Shown here piece after piece: positions 1 through 10,869 of a DNA stretch of 64,000 bases. Source of the DNA: Pristiophorus japonicus. Taxonomy: Eukaryota. Location of the stretch: contig NC_091998.1 in NCBI RefSeq assembly GCF_044704955.1, positions 58,900,001-58,964,000 on the forward strand, given 5' to 3'. Every line of letters begins with the position of its first letter. Within the stretch, counting starts at the first letter, position 1. A program made the position numbers and the translations under genes. Below the pieces are notes generated by a model. The model did not search any database. It was given only the letters and a program-made list of their open reading frames with translations, and was not told where the DNA came from.

Positions 1-75
1 CACACGGACTGCAGCGGTTCAAAAAGGCGGCTCACGAGCCCCTTCTCAAGGGTAATTAGGAATGGGCAATAAATA
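1..75 (+). mobile_element. 3' end of a LINE-type repeat
   Basis: GGACTGCAGCGGTTCAAAAAGGCGGCTCAC...GGGCAATAAAT resembles a CR1-group 3' terminus; recognised from memory only. Confidence 0.4.
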
Positions 76-799
76 GATTCTTTATTCAAACATGCAGTTT
101 CTAAGAGGGAGAGTGATCGGAAACAGGAATCTTGGTTGATGTTATTCTCCCCTAATCGAGGGCCTCAGTGGAAAATGGTAGTTCCTGTATTACAACCCTG
201 GCTAAGATCAACTAGCTCTGCAAAAACAAGGCATCAAATCTGAACTGTAACTCTTTGTTGTGTCTTTTCCTCATTTTCAGGTTTTTAGTTTTGGTATTGC
301 AGGTTGATGGTATTTTTCTTCTAGTTGTGTTTTTATTGTGGGACACTCAGTATAAAATACACATTGCTACATCAAGCAAATGTGCTTTTCATCCAAGACT
401 GTGTTGTAACAACATGGATGGTTCACCAGAATGTATCTGGTCGACAATCTGAACTTAGACTTTAAGACGCCTTGTTTCTATTTACAGTCTATCAAAAAAT
501 TTTATAAAACTCACAAGTGGCTTTAAAAAAAAGTCTCCTGACTTAAAACCTAGTTAGGGGAAGAAATATTGAGGATGTGTGAAACAACCCTCGCTTCCTT
601 TGGCGCTTAGCAATGGACAATACACGCAATTCACTGCCTTTTGATCTGCTTTTCCAACTCGGCTTTTTTTCGGATTTAAAGTTAACTATTCAACACCCAC
701 AAGCAAGACACAATTCATCCGTTAACCCACTCCTTCTAGTTTATAGGTGAAGGAGAGCTTTGGAACAAAGTCTGTTTGAAGACCTGTCTCCTATTTTCT

Positions 800-1790
800 A
801 GACCCTCTCATGTCTCAGTCCCTGACCACTCAACTCCACCTCCTTAGTACAGTTCTCACTGACAATGTCAAGAACTGTTTCACCTCTCTGAAAACTGCTG
901 TAATTACTCTGCTTCTTATAAAGCCGACCCTCAAACCCCTCCATCCTCGCCGACTGCCTCATCGACATCTCATTTCCTCTCCTAAGTTCCAGACTGTGTT
1001 GTGACGACCCAACCAGGCCTACCTGGGTCATCACCCCCTGTTCAAATCCATTCAATCTGATTTCTATCCTGCCCACAATGACATTCTCTGTGACTGCATT
1101 GTCCCTCCACATTTTACTCAATCTCTCAGCAATTGACTACACCATCCTCCTGCATCGCCTCTCCCATGTGATCCACTTCCGTGGCACTGTCTTCATGGTC
1201 CCAGCCTGGCCTGTCCCAGTGCAGCCGTCATATCTCTTGCAGTAGTTTCTTTTCCTGTGCCTGTTCTGTGTCTGCATGGTCATCTCAAGTGAGCCCCAAA
1301 GTTCCATTCCTTGCTTGTCCTTATTCTTCATAACTTTCAATTAGCTCTCATATGTATGCTGACAATACTTGGCTTTATCTCTCCACTATCACCCTTGAAT
1401 TGCACAACCATTGAGGTGCTGTCAGATCACCTGGATGAGCCAGAATTTTCTGCATCTCAATACTTACGAGACTGAAATCATGTCTTTGCTCCCTGCCAGA
1501 TACACAGCATTTCTCCTCCTTGCATGCTTTCTGAAGTCCAACCAACAGTAAGCTCCAACCCCACATCCAGTCCATCACTAAGAACACCTACTAACAACTC
1601 TGGATTATTGCTCATGTCTACCGCTATCTCACCCCCATGACTGCTGAAACTCTCATCCACATCTTTGTTATCACCGGATACAATATTTCCAATGCTCACT
1701 GGCCTCCTGAGCCCCAGCTTACACAAGATCCCCCTCATCCGGAACGCTGCTCCAATCCTTAGCAGACACATTTTGTTTGGCATTCAAGCA
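800..1790 (+). mobile_element. Old, degraded L2-clade LINE fragment
   Basis: Eroded RT-like segments in order (TAVITLLLIKPTL, DYTILLHRL, TATGCTGACAATACT = YADN-like) and similarity to the L2 copy at 33.4-34.7 kb. Confidence 0.6.
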
Positions 1791-2769
1791 GGGTTGGTCT
1801 TTACGTTCACCTGGGGCTTTCATCTAAGGTGACTTCCCAGTTTTGTTTGATCAAGAATTGTCTCATCACTTTCTTCACCACCACTCAAGTTGGAACAGGA
1901 GCACTATTTCCCCTGTGTAGTTGCCTTCAGTTATTATCTCCCCTGTGAAGAGCAATTTAAGCATTTTTAACAGTTACTCATTTCTTATGGGACGAGAATC
2001 CAAGGCAAACCAAGTAGCCAAGTAAATGTCCCAGTGCACTGCTACCATCTGACCGGGTTGAAGGGACATTCCACTGTTACACGGCACCTAGCATCTCCCA
2101 ATCAGATGCCATTCCATAGCAAAGCTGCCACAAGAATCAATTCTCATGCATTTACTAAAAATTTTAGTTTAAATGTAACTGCAGCATGCCTTTGGCCGAT
2201 TGACCCTGATGATGTGTTTTAGGATCCCATGCTATTTTGGTATGATGCCATGGTGTGGGATGAAAAAAAAAAGATTATCTTTCTTTTAGGGACATCGTCA
2301 TTCTTCAAATGATATGCAACCACAACATCCATCAATCCCACCCATCGGTGCAACAGACCCTGCAAGGATATCCTTTGGGAGAGGGGTTAGTTGTAAATGA
2401 TTAATTTTCAGCTTAATTCCAAGTCAAAACAAATCGATGCTGATTGAGAGTGTCAGACTATTAGCAAGGTCATGATAACAATTTGGGCTTTTCTTTACCA
2501 CCTTTCTTGACTCGACTACAGCTTCCCGAGACAAAACAAGTCTCTTGTTAATTCAGACCTGCATCTCTATTCTATGTAGTATGCAGGTTAGTTTAGCTCA
2601 GGTGTACAGAATAGTCTACACTACTAATCGGGTACTGCCCTTGTCAATATTGAGAAATCATGATAAAGGGCAGCACAAATCCCGAGAACAAAGAAATAAA
2701 AAGGGCATAACCAGGGCTGGAAAGAGTGGGAGATGGGACCAATAGTGATCAGAGGAGATGAGGAGTTCC

Positions 2770-2988
2770 ATAGTTTTGAAGTCCCTGGGAAGACAATCAG
2801 TGAGAGTAGAAGATGAGTATTTGCACCATTGTGCAATAAACACCCGCCCACCCTTTTCTTCAACCACTGTCTGTCCCACCTGTGACAGAGACTGTAATTT
2901 TTGTATTGGACTGTACAGTTACCTGAGAACTCACTTTTAGAGTGGAAGCAAGTCTTCCTCGATTTTGAGAGACTGCCTATGATAATGA
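2770..2988 (+). mobile_element. RTE-clade LINE 3' fragment
   Basis: C-terminal CPTCDRDC...GLYSYLRTHF motif. The 3' end GAGTGGAAGCAAGTC...ACTGCCTATGATAATGA matches the terminus of the RTE at 28835. Confidence 0.8.
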
Positions 2989-5900
2989 ATAAAATCGTAA
3001 ACACATCCCTTATAAATCAGTTTACAGTTTCACTACACAGAGCAAATTCTCCTCCTTGATTTCAATGAGCGGGAGAGAAAAAGCATTTATGATTTGGCAA
3101 CTCAGGATGGATGAGAGGGGAGACTTCAGAGGAGCACGGACCACAGCAGTATTGATAAAATAGAGGAACAAGAAACCAGAGGAAATTTACGAGCAAACGA
3201 GGAAGAGGTTTGTGTGGAGTAACGAAGGGTTATGTGCATGTTGGTTTGAGCGTCAGTTATGCTTTGTATTGGAACAGTGTGTCCAAAAATTCCCACAAAT
3301 CACAACCACTTCCCCATTACAAATTTAGTTCTAGTTTCAGTTCTCAAAATGTATTATAGAATCATAGGCGTTTACAGCATGGAAGGAGGCCATTTCGGCC
3401 CATCGTGTCCATGCCACCCAACAAGATGCCATCCAGCCTCATCCCACTTTCCAGCTGTAGGTCCGTGGTCCTGCAGGTTACGGCACTTCAAATGCACATC
3501 CAAGTACTTTTTAAATGTGGTGAGGGTTCCTGCCTCTACCACCCTTTCAGGCAGTGAGTTCCAGACCCCCACAACACTCTGTGTGAAGAAATTTCCCCTC
3601 AAATTCCCTCTAAGCCTTCTACCAATTACTTTAAATGTATGCCCACTGGTTGTTGACCCCTCTGCTAAGGGAAATCGGCACTTTCTATCCACTATATCAA
3701 GGCCCCTCATAATTTTATACACCCCAATGAAGTCTCTGCTCAGTCTCCTCTGTTCCAATAAAAACAAATCCAGCCTATCTAATCTGTCCTCTTAGCTTAG
3801 ATTCCCCACACCCGGCAACATCTTTGTCAATCTCCTCTGTACCCTCTCCAGTGCAATCACGTCCTTCCTGTAATGCAGTGACCAGAACTGTACGCAGTTC
3901 TCTAGCTGTGGCATAACCAGTGCTTTATACAGTTCAAGCATAACCCCCCCCCCCACCCCCGCTTTTGTATTGTATGCCTCGGCTCTCGGCTAATAAAGGC
4001 AACCGTTCCGTATGCCTTCTTAATTACATCTACCTGCTACTTTCAGTGATCTGTCGACATGCACTCCAAGGTCCCTTTGTTCCTCTACACTTCTCAGTAT
4101 CCTACCTTTTAATGTGTATTCCCTTTCCTTGTTAGCCCTCCCCAAATGCATTACCTCACACTTGTCTGGATTAAATTACATTTGCCACTGTTCTGCCCAC
4201 CTGACCAGTTGATTGATATCTTTCTGCATTCCGCAGCTTTCTTCTTCATAATGAACCACACAGCCGATTTTAGTATCATCTGCAAACTTCTTAATCATGC
4301 CCCCTATATTCAAGTCTAGATCATTGATGTATATCACAAAAAGCAAGGGACCTAGTCCTGAGCCCTGCGGAACCCCACGGGAAACATCCTTCCAGTCGCA
4401 AAAACACCCATCAACCATTACCCTTTGCTTTCTGCCTCTGAGCCAATTTTGGATCTAACTTGCCACTTTGCCCCAGATCCCATGGGCTTTTACTTTTGTG
4501 ACCAGTCTACCATGTGGGACGTTATCAAAAGCTTTGCTAAAATCCATATACACTACATCATACGCTTTGCCTTCATCGACCCTCCTGGTTACCTCCTCAA
4601 AAAATTCAATCAAGTTAGTCAGACATGACCTTCCCTTAACAAATCCGTGCTGAATGTCCTTGATTAATCCATGTCTTTCGAAGTGAAGACATGGATAACT
4701 CCTGTCCTTCAGGAGTTTTTCCAATAATACTGAGGTTAGACTGACTGGCCTGTAATTACTTGCTCGATCCCATTCTCCCTTCTTAAACAAAGGTACCACA
4801 TTAGCTGTCCTCTGGCACCACACCTGAAGCCAGAAAGGATTGGAAAATGATGGTCAAAGCCTCTGCTATTTCCTTTTTTGCTTCGCTTAACAGCCTGGGA
4901 TACCTTTCATCTGGGCCTTGGGACTTATCCACTTTCAAAGCTGTTAAATCCCTTAATACCTCCTCTCTCACTATGTTTATTTCATCTAATATTTCACACG
5001 CCTCCTCCCCGATAGTAGTGTCTGCTTTGCCCCTCTCTTTTGTGAAAACAGACGCAAAGTATTCATGGAGAACCATACCCACATCTTCCGTGTCCACACA
5101 GATTACCCTCATGGTCTCTAATAGGCCCTACCCTTTCTTTAGTTATCCTCTTGCTCTCAATATATTTATAAAACATCTTTCAGTTTTCCTTGATTTTACT
5201 TGCCAAGAATTTTTCATGCTCTTTTTTGCTTTCATAATATCCTTTTTAATTTCACCCCTGGATTTTCTATACTCCTCTAGACATTCTGCAGTATTTAGCC
5301 CTCAATATCTGTCATAAGCCTCCCTTTTTTTCTTTATCCTACCCTGTATGTCCCTCGACATCCAGGGGGTTCTAGATTTGTTAGTCCCACCCTTTTTCTT
5401 TAAGGGCACATATTTGTCCTGAACCTTACTGAACTCCTCATTGAATATAGTAATCAAGGATGTTTTCCTGTGCTAGATGGTATATACTTCAATGCGAATA
5501 AGGCAGATGAGCTGAGAGAACAGGTAGACACTTGGGAGTATGACATTATAGCCATTACAAAGACATGGCTGAAAGAGGGGCAGGTTTGGCAGCTCAATAT
5601 TTCTGGGTACAGGTTTTTTTGGACAGGACAGAGGGGGGGGAGGTAAAAAGTGGGGGGGGGGGTCACAGTATTGATTAAAGAAACTATTACAGTTGTGAGG
5701 AGGGATGATCTGTTAGAAGTATCATCAAATGAGGTCATATGGGTCAAACTGAAAAATAAAAAAGGGGCGATCACACTGCTGGGCGTGTATTATAGACCCC
5801 CAAACAGTGGGAGGGAGATAGAAGAGCAAATAAGTAGGCAAGTTTCTGTGAAGTCCAAAACCATAGGGTAGTAATAGTAGGGGATTTTAACTATCCTAAT

Positions 5901-7061
5901 ATTGATTGGGACAAATATAGTGGGAAAGGTATAGAGGGTGCGGAATTCCTAAAATGTATTGAAGAGAATGTTTTTAGTCAGTATGTAACAAGCCCAACAT
6001 GGGAGGGGGCAGTTTTAGATTTAGTTTTGGGATTGAAGCTGGGCAGGTGGAAGGGGTATAGCGGGAGAGCACTTGGGTGCCAGTGACCATAATTCAATCG
6101 GATTCAAGGTAGTTATGGATAAGGACAAGGATAGACCAGGAATAAAAATCCCACATTGGGGAAAAGTTAACTTTGCTAAGTTGAGAGGTAATTTGGCCAC
6201 AGTGGACTGGAAACAGCTACTTGTGGGTAAATCAGTGTCGGAACATTGGGAGGCATTCAAGGAGGAGATCCGGAGGACTCAGGCCAAACATGTGCCCTTA
6301 AAGAAAATGGGTGGGAGTAACAATTCTAGAGCCCTCTGGATGTCTAGGGACCCACAGGGGAGGATAAAGAAAAAAAGGGAAGCTTGTGTCATATACCGAC
6401 GGCTAAATACTGTAGAATCTCTGGAGGAATATAAGAAGTTTAGAGGTGAAATTAAAAAGGATATTAGGAATGCTAAGCGGGAGCATGGAAAATTCTTGGC
6501 AACTAAAATCATGGAAAACCCAAAGATGTTCTATAAATATATTAAGGGCAAGAGGATAACTAAAGAAAGGGTAGGTCCTATTAGAGACCATGGGGGTAAT
6601 CTGTGTGTGGAGGCGGAAGATGTGGGTATGCATCTTAATGATTACTTTGCGTCTGTTTTCATGAAGGAAAGGGGCAATGTATATGTTGTTATCGAGGAGG
6701 AGTGTGAAACTCTGGATGAAATAAACAGAGTGAAAGAGGAGCTTTTAAGAGGTTTAGCAAGTTTGAAAGTGGCTAAGTCCCCAGGCCCGGATCAAATGCA
6801 TCCCAGGCTGTTGAGCGAAGCAAAAGAGGAAATTCAAGTGGATTCAAGCATGGTGCTGGAGGACTGCTAATGTGGTACCCTTGTTTAGGAAGGGAGAAAG
6901 GGATAGGCCGAGTAATCACAGGCCTGTCAGCCTAACCTCAGTGATGGGAAAATTATTGAAAAAAATCCTGAAGGACAGGATAAATCTACATTTAGAAAAT
7001 CAAGGATTAATCAGGGACAGTCAGCACGGATTTGTTAAGGGAAGATCGTGTTTATCTAACC

Positions 7062-8283
7062 TGGGACCCCAGCTCTTTACAATATACATCAATGATTTGG
7101 ATGAAGGAATTGAGTGTAATATCTCCAAGTTTGCAGATGACACTAAACTGGGTGGTGATGTGAGCTGTGAGGGGGACGCTAGGAGGCTGCAGGGTGACTT
7201 GGACAGGTTAAGTGAGTGGGCAAATGCATGGCAGATGCAGTATAATGTGGATAAATGTGAGGTTATCCACTTTGGGGTCAAAAACGCGAAGACAGAATAT
7301 TATCTGAATGGCGGCAGATTAGGAAAAGGGGAGGTGCAACGAGACCTGGGTGCCATGGTTCATCAGTCATTGAAAGTTGGCATGCAGGTACAGCAGGCGG
7401 TGAAGAAGGCAAATGATATGTTGGCCTTCATAGCTAGGGGATTTGAGTATAGGAGCAGGGAGGTCTTACTGCAGTTGTACAGGGCCTTGGTGAGACCTCA
7501 CCTGGAATATTGTGTACAGTTTTGGTCTCCTAATCTGAGGAAGGATGTTCTTGCTATTGAGGGAGTGCAGCGAAGGTTCACCAGACTGATTCCCGGGATG
7601 GCAGGACTGACATATGAGGAGAGACTGGATCAATTGGGCCTTTATACATTGGAGTTTAGAAGAATGAGAGGGGATCTCATAGAAACATATAAGATTCTGT
7701 CGGGACGGGACAGGTTAGATGCGGGTAGAATGTTCCCGATGTTGGGGAAGTCCAGAACCAGGGGACACAGTCTTAGGATAAGGGGTAGGCCATTTAGGAC
7801 TGAGATGAGGAGAAACTTCTCTACCACAGAAAGTTGTTGAGGCCAATTCACTAAATATATTCAAAAAGGAGTTAGATGAGGTCCTTACTGCTAGGGGGAT
7901 CAAGGGGTATGGCGAGAAAGCAGGAATGGGGTACTGAAGTTGAATGTTCAGCCATGAACTCATTGAATGGCGGTGCAGGCTAGAAGGGCCGAATGGCCTA
8001 CTCCTGCACCTATTTTCTATGTTTCTATGTTTCTATGTTTCTAAACTTCTTCACTCAGAGAGTTGTTAACCTGTGGAATCCCCTGCCGCAGAGAGTTGTT
8101 GATGCCAGTTCATTGGATATATTCAAGAGGGAGTTAGATATGGCCCTTACGGCTAAGGGGATCAAAGGTTATGGAGAGAAAGCAGGAAAGGGATACTGAG
8201 AGAATGATCAGCCATTATTTTATTGAATGGTGGTGCAGGCTCGAAGGGCTGAATGGCCTACTCCTGCACTTATTTTCTATGTT
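7062..8283 (+). mobile_element. 5'-truncated CR1 of a second subfamily nested in the previous element
   Basis: RT C-terminal half (FADDTKLGG, RPHLEYCVQFWSP), TTTCTATG tail, and TSD TCTAACC at 7055-7061 and 8284-8290. Confidence 0.88.
7821..8042 (+). mobile_element. 222-bp CR1 3'-end copy nested in the previous element
   Basis: Has its own (TTTCTATG)3 tail and TSD AAACTTCT at 7813-7820 and 8043-8050. Confidence 0.85.
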
Positions 8284-9420
8284 TCTAACCAGATTGAATT
8301 TTTCGAGGAGGTAACCAGGAGGCTCGATGAGGGTAGTGCGTATGATGTAGTATATATGGACATTAGCAAAGCTTTTGATAAGGTTTCACATGGCAGACTG
8401 GTCATGAAGGAAAAGCCCATGGGATCCAGGGCAAAGTGGCAACTTGGATCCAAAATTGGCTTGGAGGTAGGAAGCAAAGTGTAATGGTAGATGGAAGTTT
8501 TTGTGACTGGAAGGATGTTTCCAGTGGGGTTCCACAGGGCTCAGTACTGGATCCCTTGCTTTTTGTGGTATACTTCAATGATCTAGATTTGAATATAGGG
8601 AGTATGATTAAGAAATTTACAGATGACACTGAAATTGACTGTGTGGTTAATAATGAAGAGGAAATTCATGGAATGCAGGAGGATATCAATCTACTGTTCA
8701 GGTGGGCACAACAATGGCAAATGGAATTTAATTCGGAGAAGTTTGAGGTAATGCACTTGGGGATGGCTAATAAGGAAAGGCTATACACATTAAATGGTAG
8801 GCCACTTAGAAGTGTAGATGAGCAAAGGAACCTTGGAGTGGTTGTCCACAGATCCCTGAAAGTAGCAGGCCAGGTGGATAAGGTGATTAAGAAGGCATTC
8901 GGAATGCTTGCCTTTATTGGCTGAGGCATAGAATACAAGAGCAGGGAGGATATGCTTAAATTGTATAATATACTGGCTAGGCCACAGCTGGAATACTGCA
9001 TGATTTTTTTGGTCGCCGTATTATAGGAAGGACGTGATTGTAGAGGAGTTTTACGAGGATGTTGCTTGGAATGGAGAATCTTAGCCATGAGGACAGATTT
9101 TATAGGTTGGGTTTGTTCTCCTTGGAACAGAGGAGGCTGAGGGGAGACCTCATTCAGGTGTATAAAATGTTGAGGGGCCTGGATATAGTGGATAACAAGG
9201 CTTATTTCCCTTTGGTAGACAGGTCAGTTACGAGGGGGCATAGGTTTGGGGTGCTTGGTGGAAGGTTTGGAGGGGATTTGAGGGGAAGCTTCTTCACGCA
9301 GAAGGTTGTGGGGGTCTGGAACTCGCTCCCTGGAAGGATGGTGGAGGCGGAAACCCTCACCACATTTAAAAGGTGCTTGGATGTGCACTTGAAGTGCCGC
9401 AACCTGGGATTAGACTGGAT

Positions 9421-9474
9421 CTTCTTCTTTGGCAGTCCCTCGAATCGAGGATGACTTGCTTCCATGCCACGAGG
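9421..9474 (-). mobile_element. 54-bp RTE 3'-terminal insertion
   Basis: GGCAGTCCCTCGAATCGAGGATGACTTGCTTCCA matches the RTE terminus. It has a (GAA)n tail on the minus strand and TSD TTAGACTGGAT at 9410-9420 and 9475-9485. Confidence 0.85.
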
Positions 9475-10869
9475 TTAGACTGGATAACCTCTTGTTGGCT
9501 GGTGCAGACATGATGGTAAGTACTTCAGGGAATCTAATACGGCCAGCATAATCTCCTGGACTAGTTTTGATCGCCTGGATGGTTCGGAGAGGAATTTATC
9601 AGATTTTTGCCCCAATTGGTCTGTGTTTCTACCTGTTTTTTTGCCTCTCCCATGGCTGCGGGTGGGGTGGAGTGTAAAATGTTGTGATGCAGGAGGTATG
9701 GCCATTGTGTGGGGCGGACTGGTTGGTCAGGATGCTCTTTACCTCTCCGCCATTGTTCATTGTTCATAGGTTTATAGGTAACCTTCAGGGCTGCTGACCG
9801 AGGGCCATGTGGCTCTTTGTCGGCTGTCACGGACACGATGGTCCGAAATGGCCTCCTTCTGCGCTGTAAATTTCTATGTTTCTATGAATGCCTCCCACTG
9901 CTCTGCCACTGATATACCTTCAAGTCGCTGTTTCCAGTGCACTATGGCCAAATCACCTCTCAGATTAGCAAAGTTAGATTGTCCCCAATTTAGAACTTTT
10001 ATTCCTGGTCTATCCTTGTCCTTTTCCATAACTACCTTAAATCTAACTGAATTATGGTCACTAGTACCTAAATGCTCTCCCAAAGATAAGCAATAACACT
10101 TCCAGTCACAGCCTCGTCCATCAAGACTACACTTGATTAAACCCTGCTGAATATTGGGCCAATCACAGCAACAACAACTTGTATTTATATAGCGCCTTCA
10201 ACGTAGTGCGTGTGCCATTCAAAATTCTGTGCCTGCACGGTTTTTCTATTATACAGCCGGCTCATTGCTTGCTCGGGACATAAAGGGTATGTTGCCCACG
10301 ACCTCCTGGGCTGAGGCAAGAGTGCTGCTACCGAGCCAAGGCTGACACTCAGCAGTATTGAGGGATTGCTGCATTCTTGGTCAGGTGCAGTTTCACAGGT
10401 GCTGACCATATTTCTCTACCTCAACTAAGTGACTATTTTTTATGTATGTATCCCATCAGTGTGGGGGTTATTTTAGCCAAAGGATAAAACAAGGCTCTAA
10501 ATGGGTGCTACGCTAATAAGGCCTGTTTGAAACTCTGGGTTCAGCACACCATTTTGGTCCTAATTGCTGATTACCATAATTGGAACTTGCCTGGAGGCGC
10601 TAAACCAGAAACCAGCAGGTTTAGCATAAGTACTGATTAGACGCAATTTTAGTGAAGCAGTACCTGTGGGCTCCTTGCACCCAATTCCACGGAAGGTGTG
10701 GCGTGCGCAGGCTGGCACACAGCGACATGTTGCAGGATGGCTCAGACTGAGGGAGAGGGCGCACAGGTTTGTAAGAAATTTTTAAACCCAAAAAAATTGC
10801 AAGTTATAAAAGGGATAATAATTCTGCAAAGAGTAGGTCTGCCAACTCAGCAGATGAGGGCTGGCACAC

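Larger units (their letters stand above)
5447..9884 (+). mobile_element. CR1 LINE (ORF2 endonuclease to 3'UTR), itself interrupted at 7062-8283 and 9421-9474
   Basis: APE motifs (YYRPP, GDFN, SDHN), RT motifs (GVPQGSVL, FTDD), a (TTTCTATG)n tail ending at ~9886, and frameshifts. Confidence 0.88.
3355..10083 (-). mobile_element. 5'-truncated CR1 LINE split in two (3355-5446 and 9885-10083) by a nested insertion
   Basis: Minus-strand ORF2 fragments (GTSDHN, NYRPVSLTSV, GVPQGSGLGP, FADDTK). Joining across the TGAAT duplication restores QWEAFNEEF. Confidence 0.88.

Noticed and set aside
255-452. Hydrophobic 65-aa ORF or possible exon of a neighbouring gene
   Set aside because: It is T-rich low-complexity sequence with a non-ATG start and no recognisable homology, so I cannot support it.
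3355-7060. Twin-priming 5' inversion of a single LINE
   Set aside because: The minus and plus parts overlap in content, and the minus element resumes at 9885. These are two separate insertions.
6872-7840. 322-aa ORF with RT motifs as a possible gene
   Set aside because: It is a chance in-frame fusion of a host CR1 and a nested CR1 at the TCTAACC TSD. The central RT motifs are missing and it ends in another insert.
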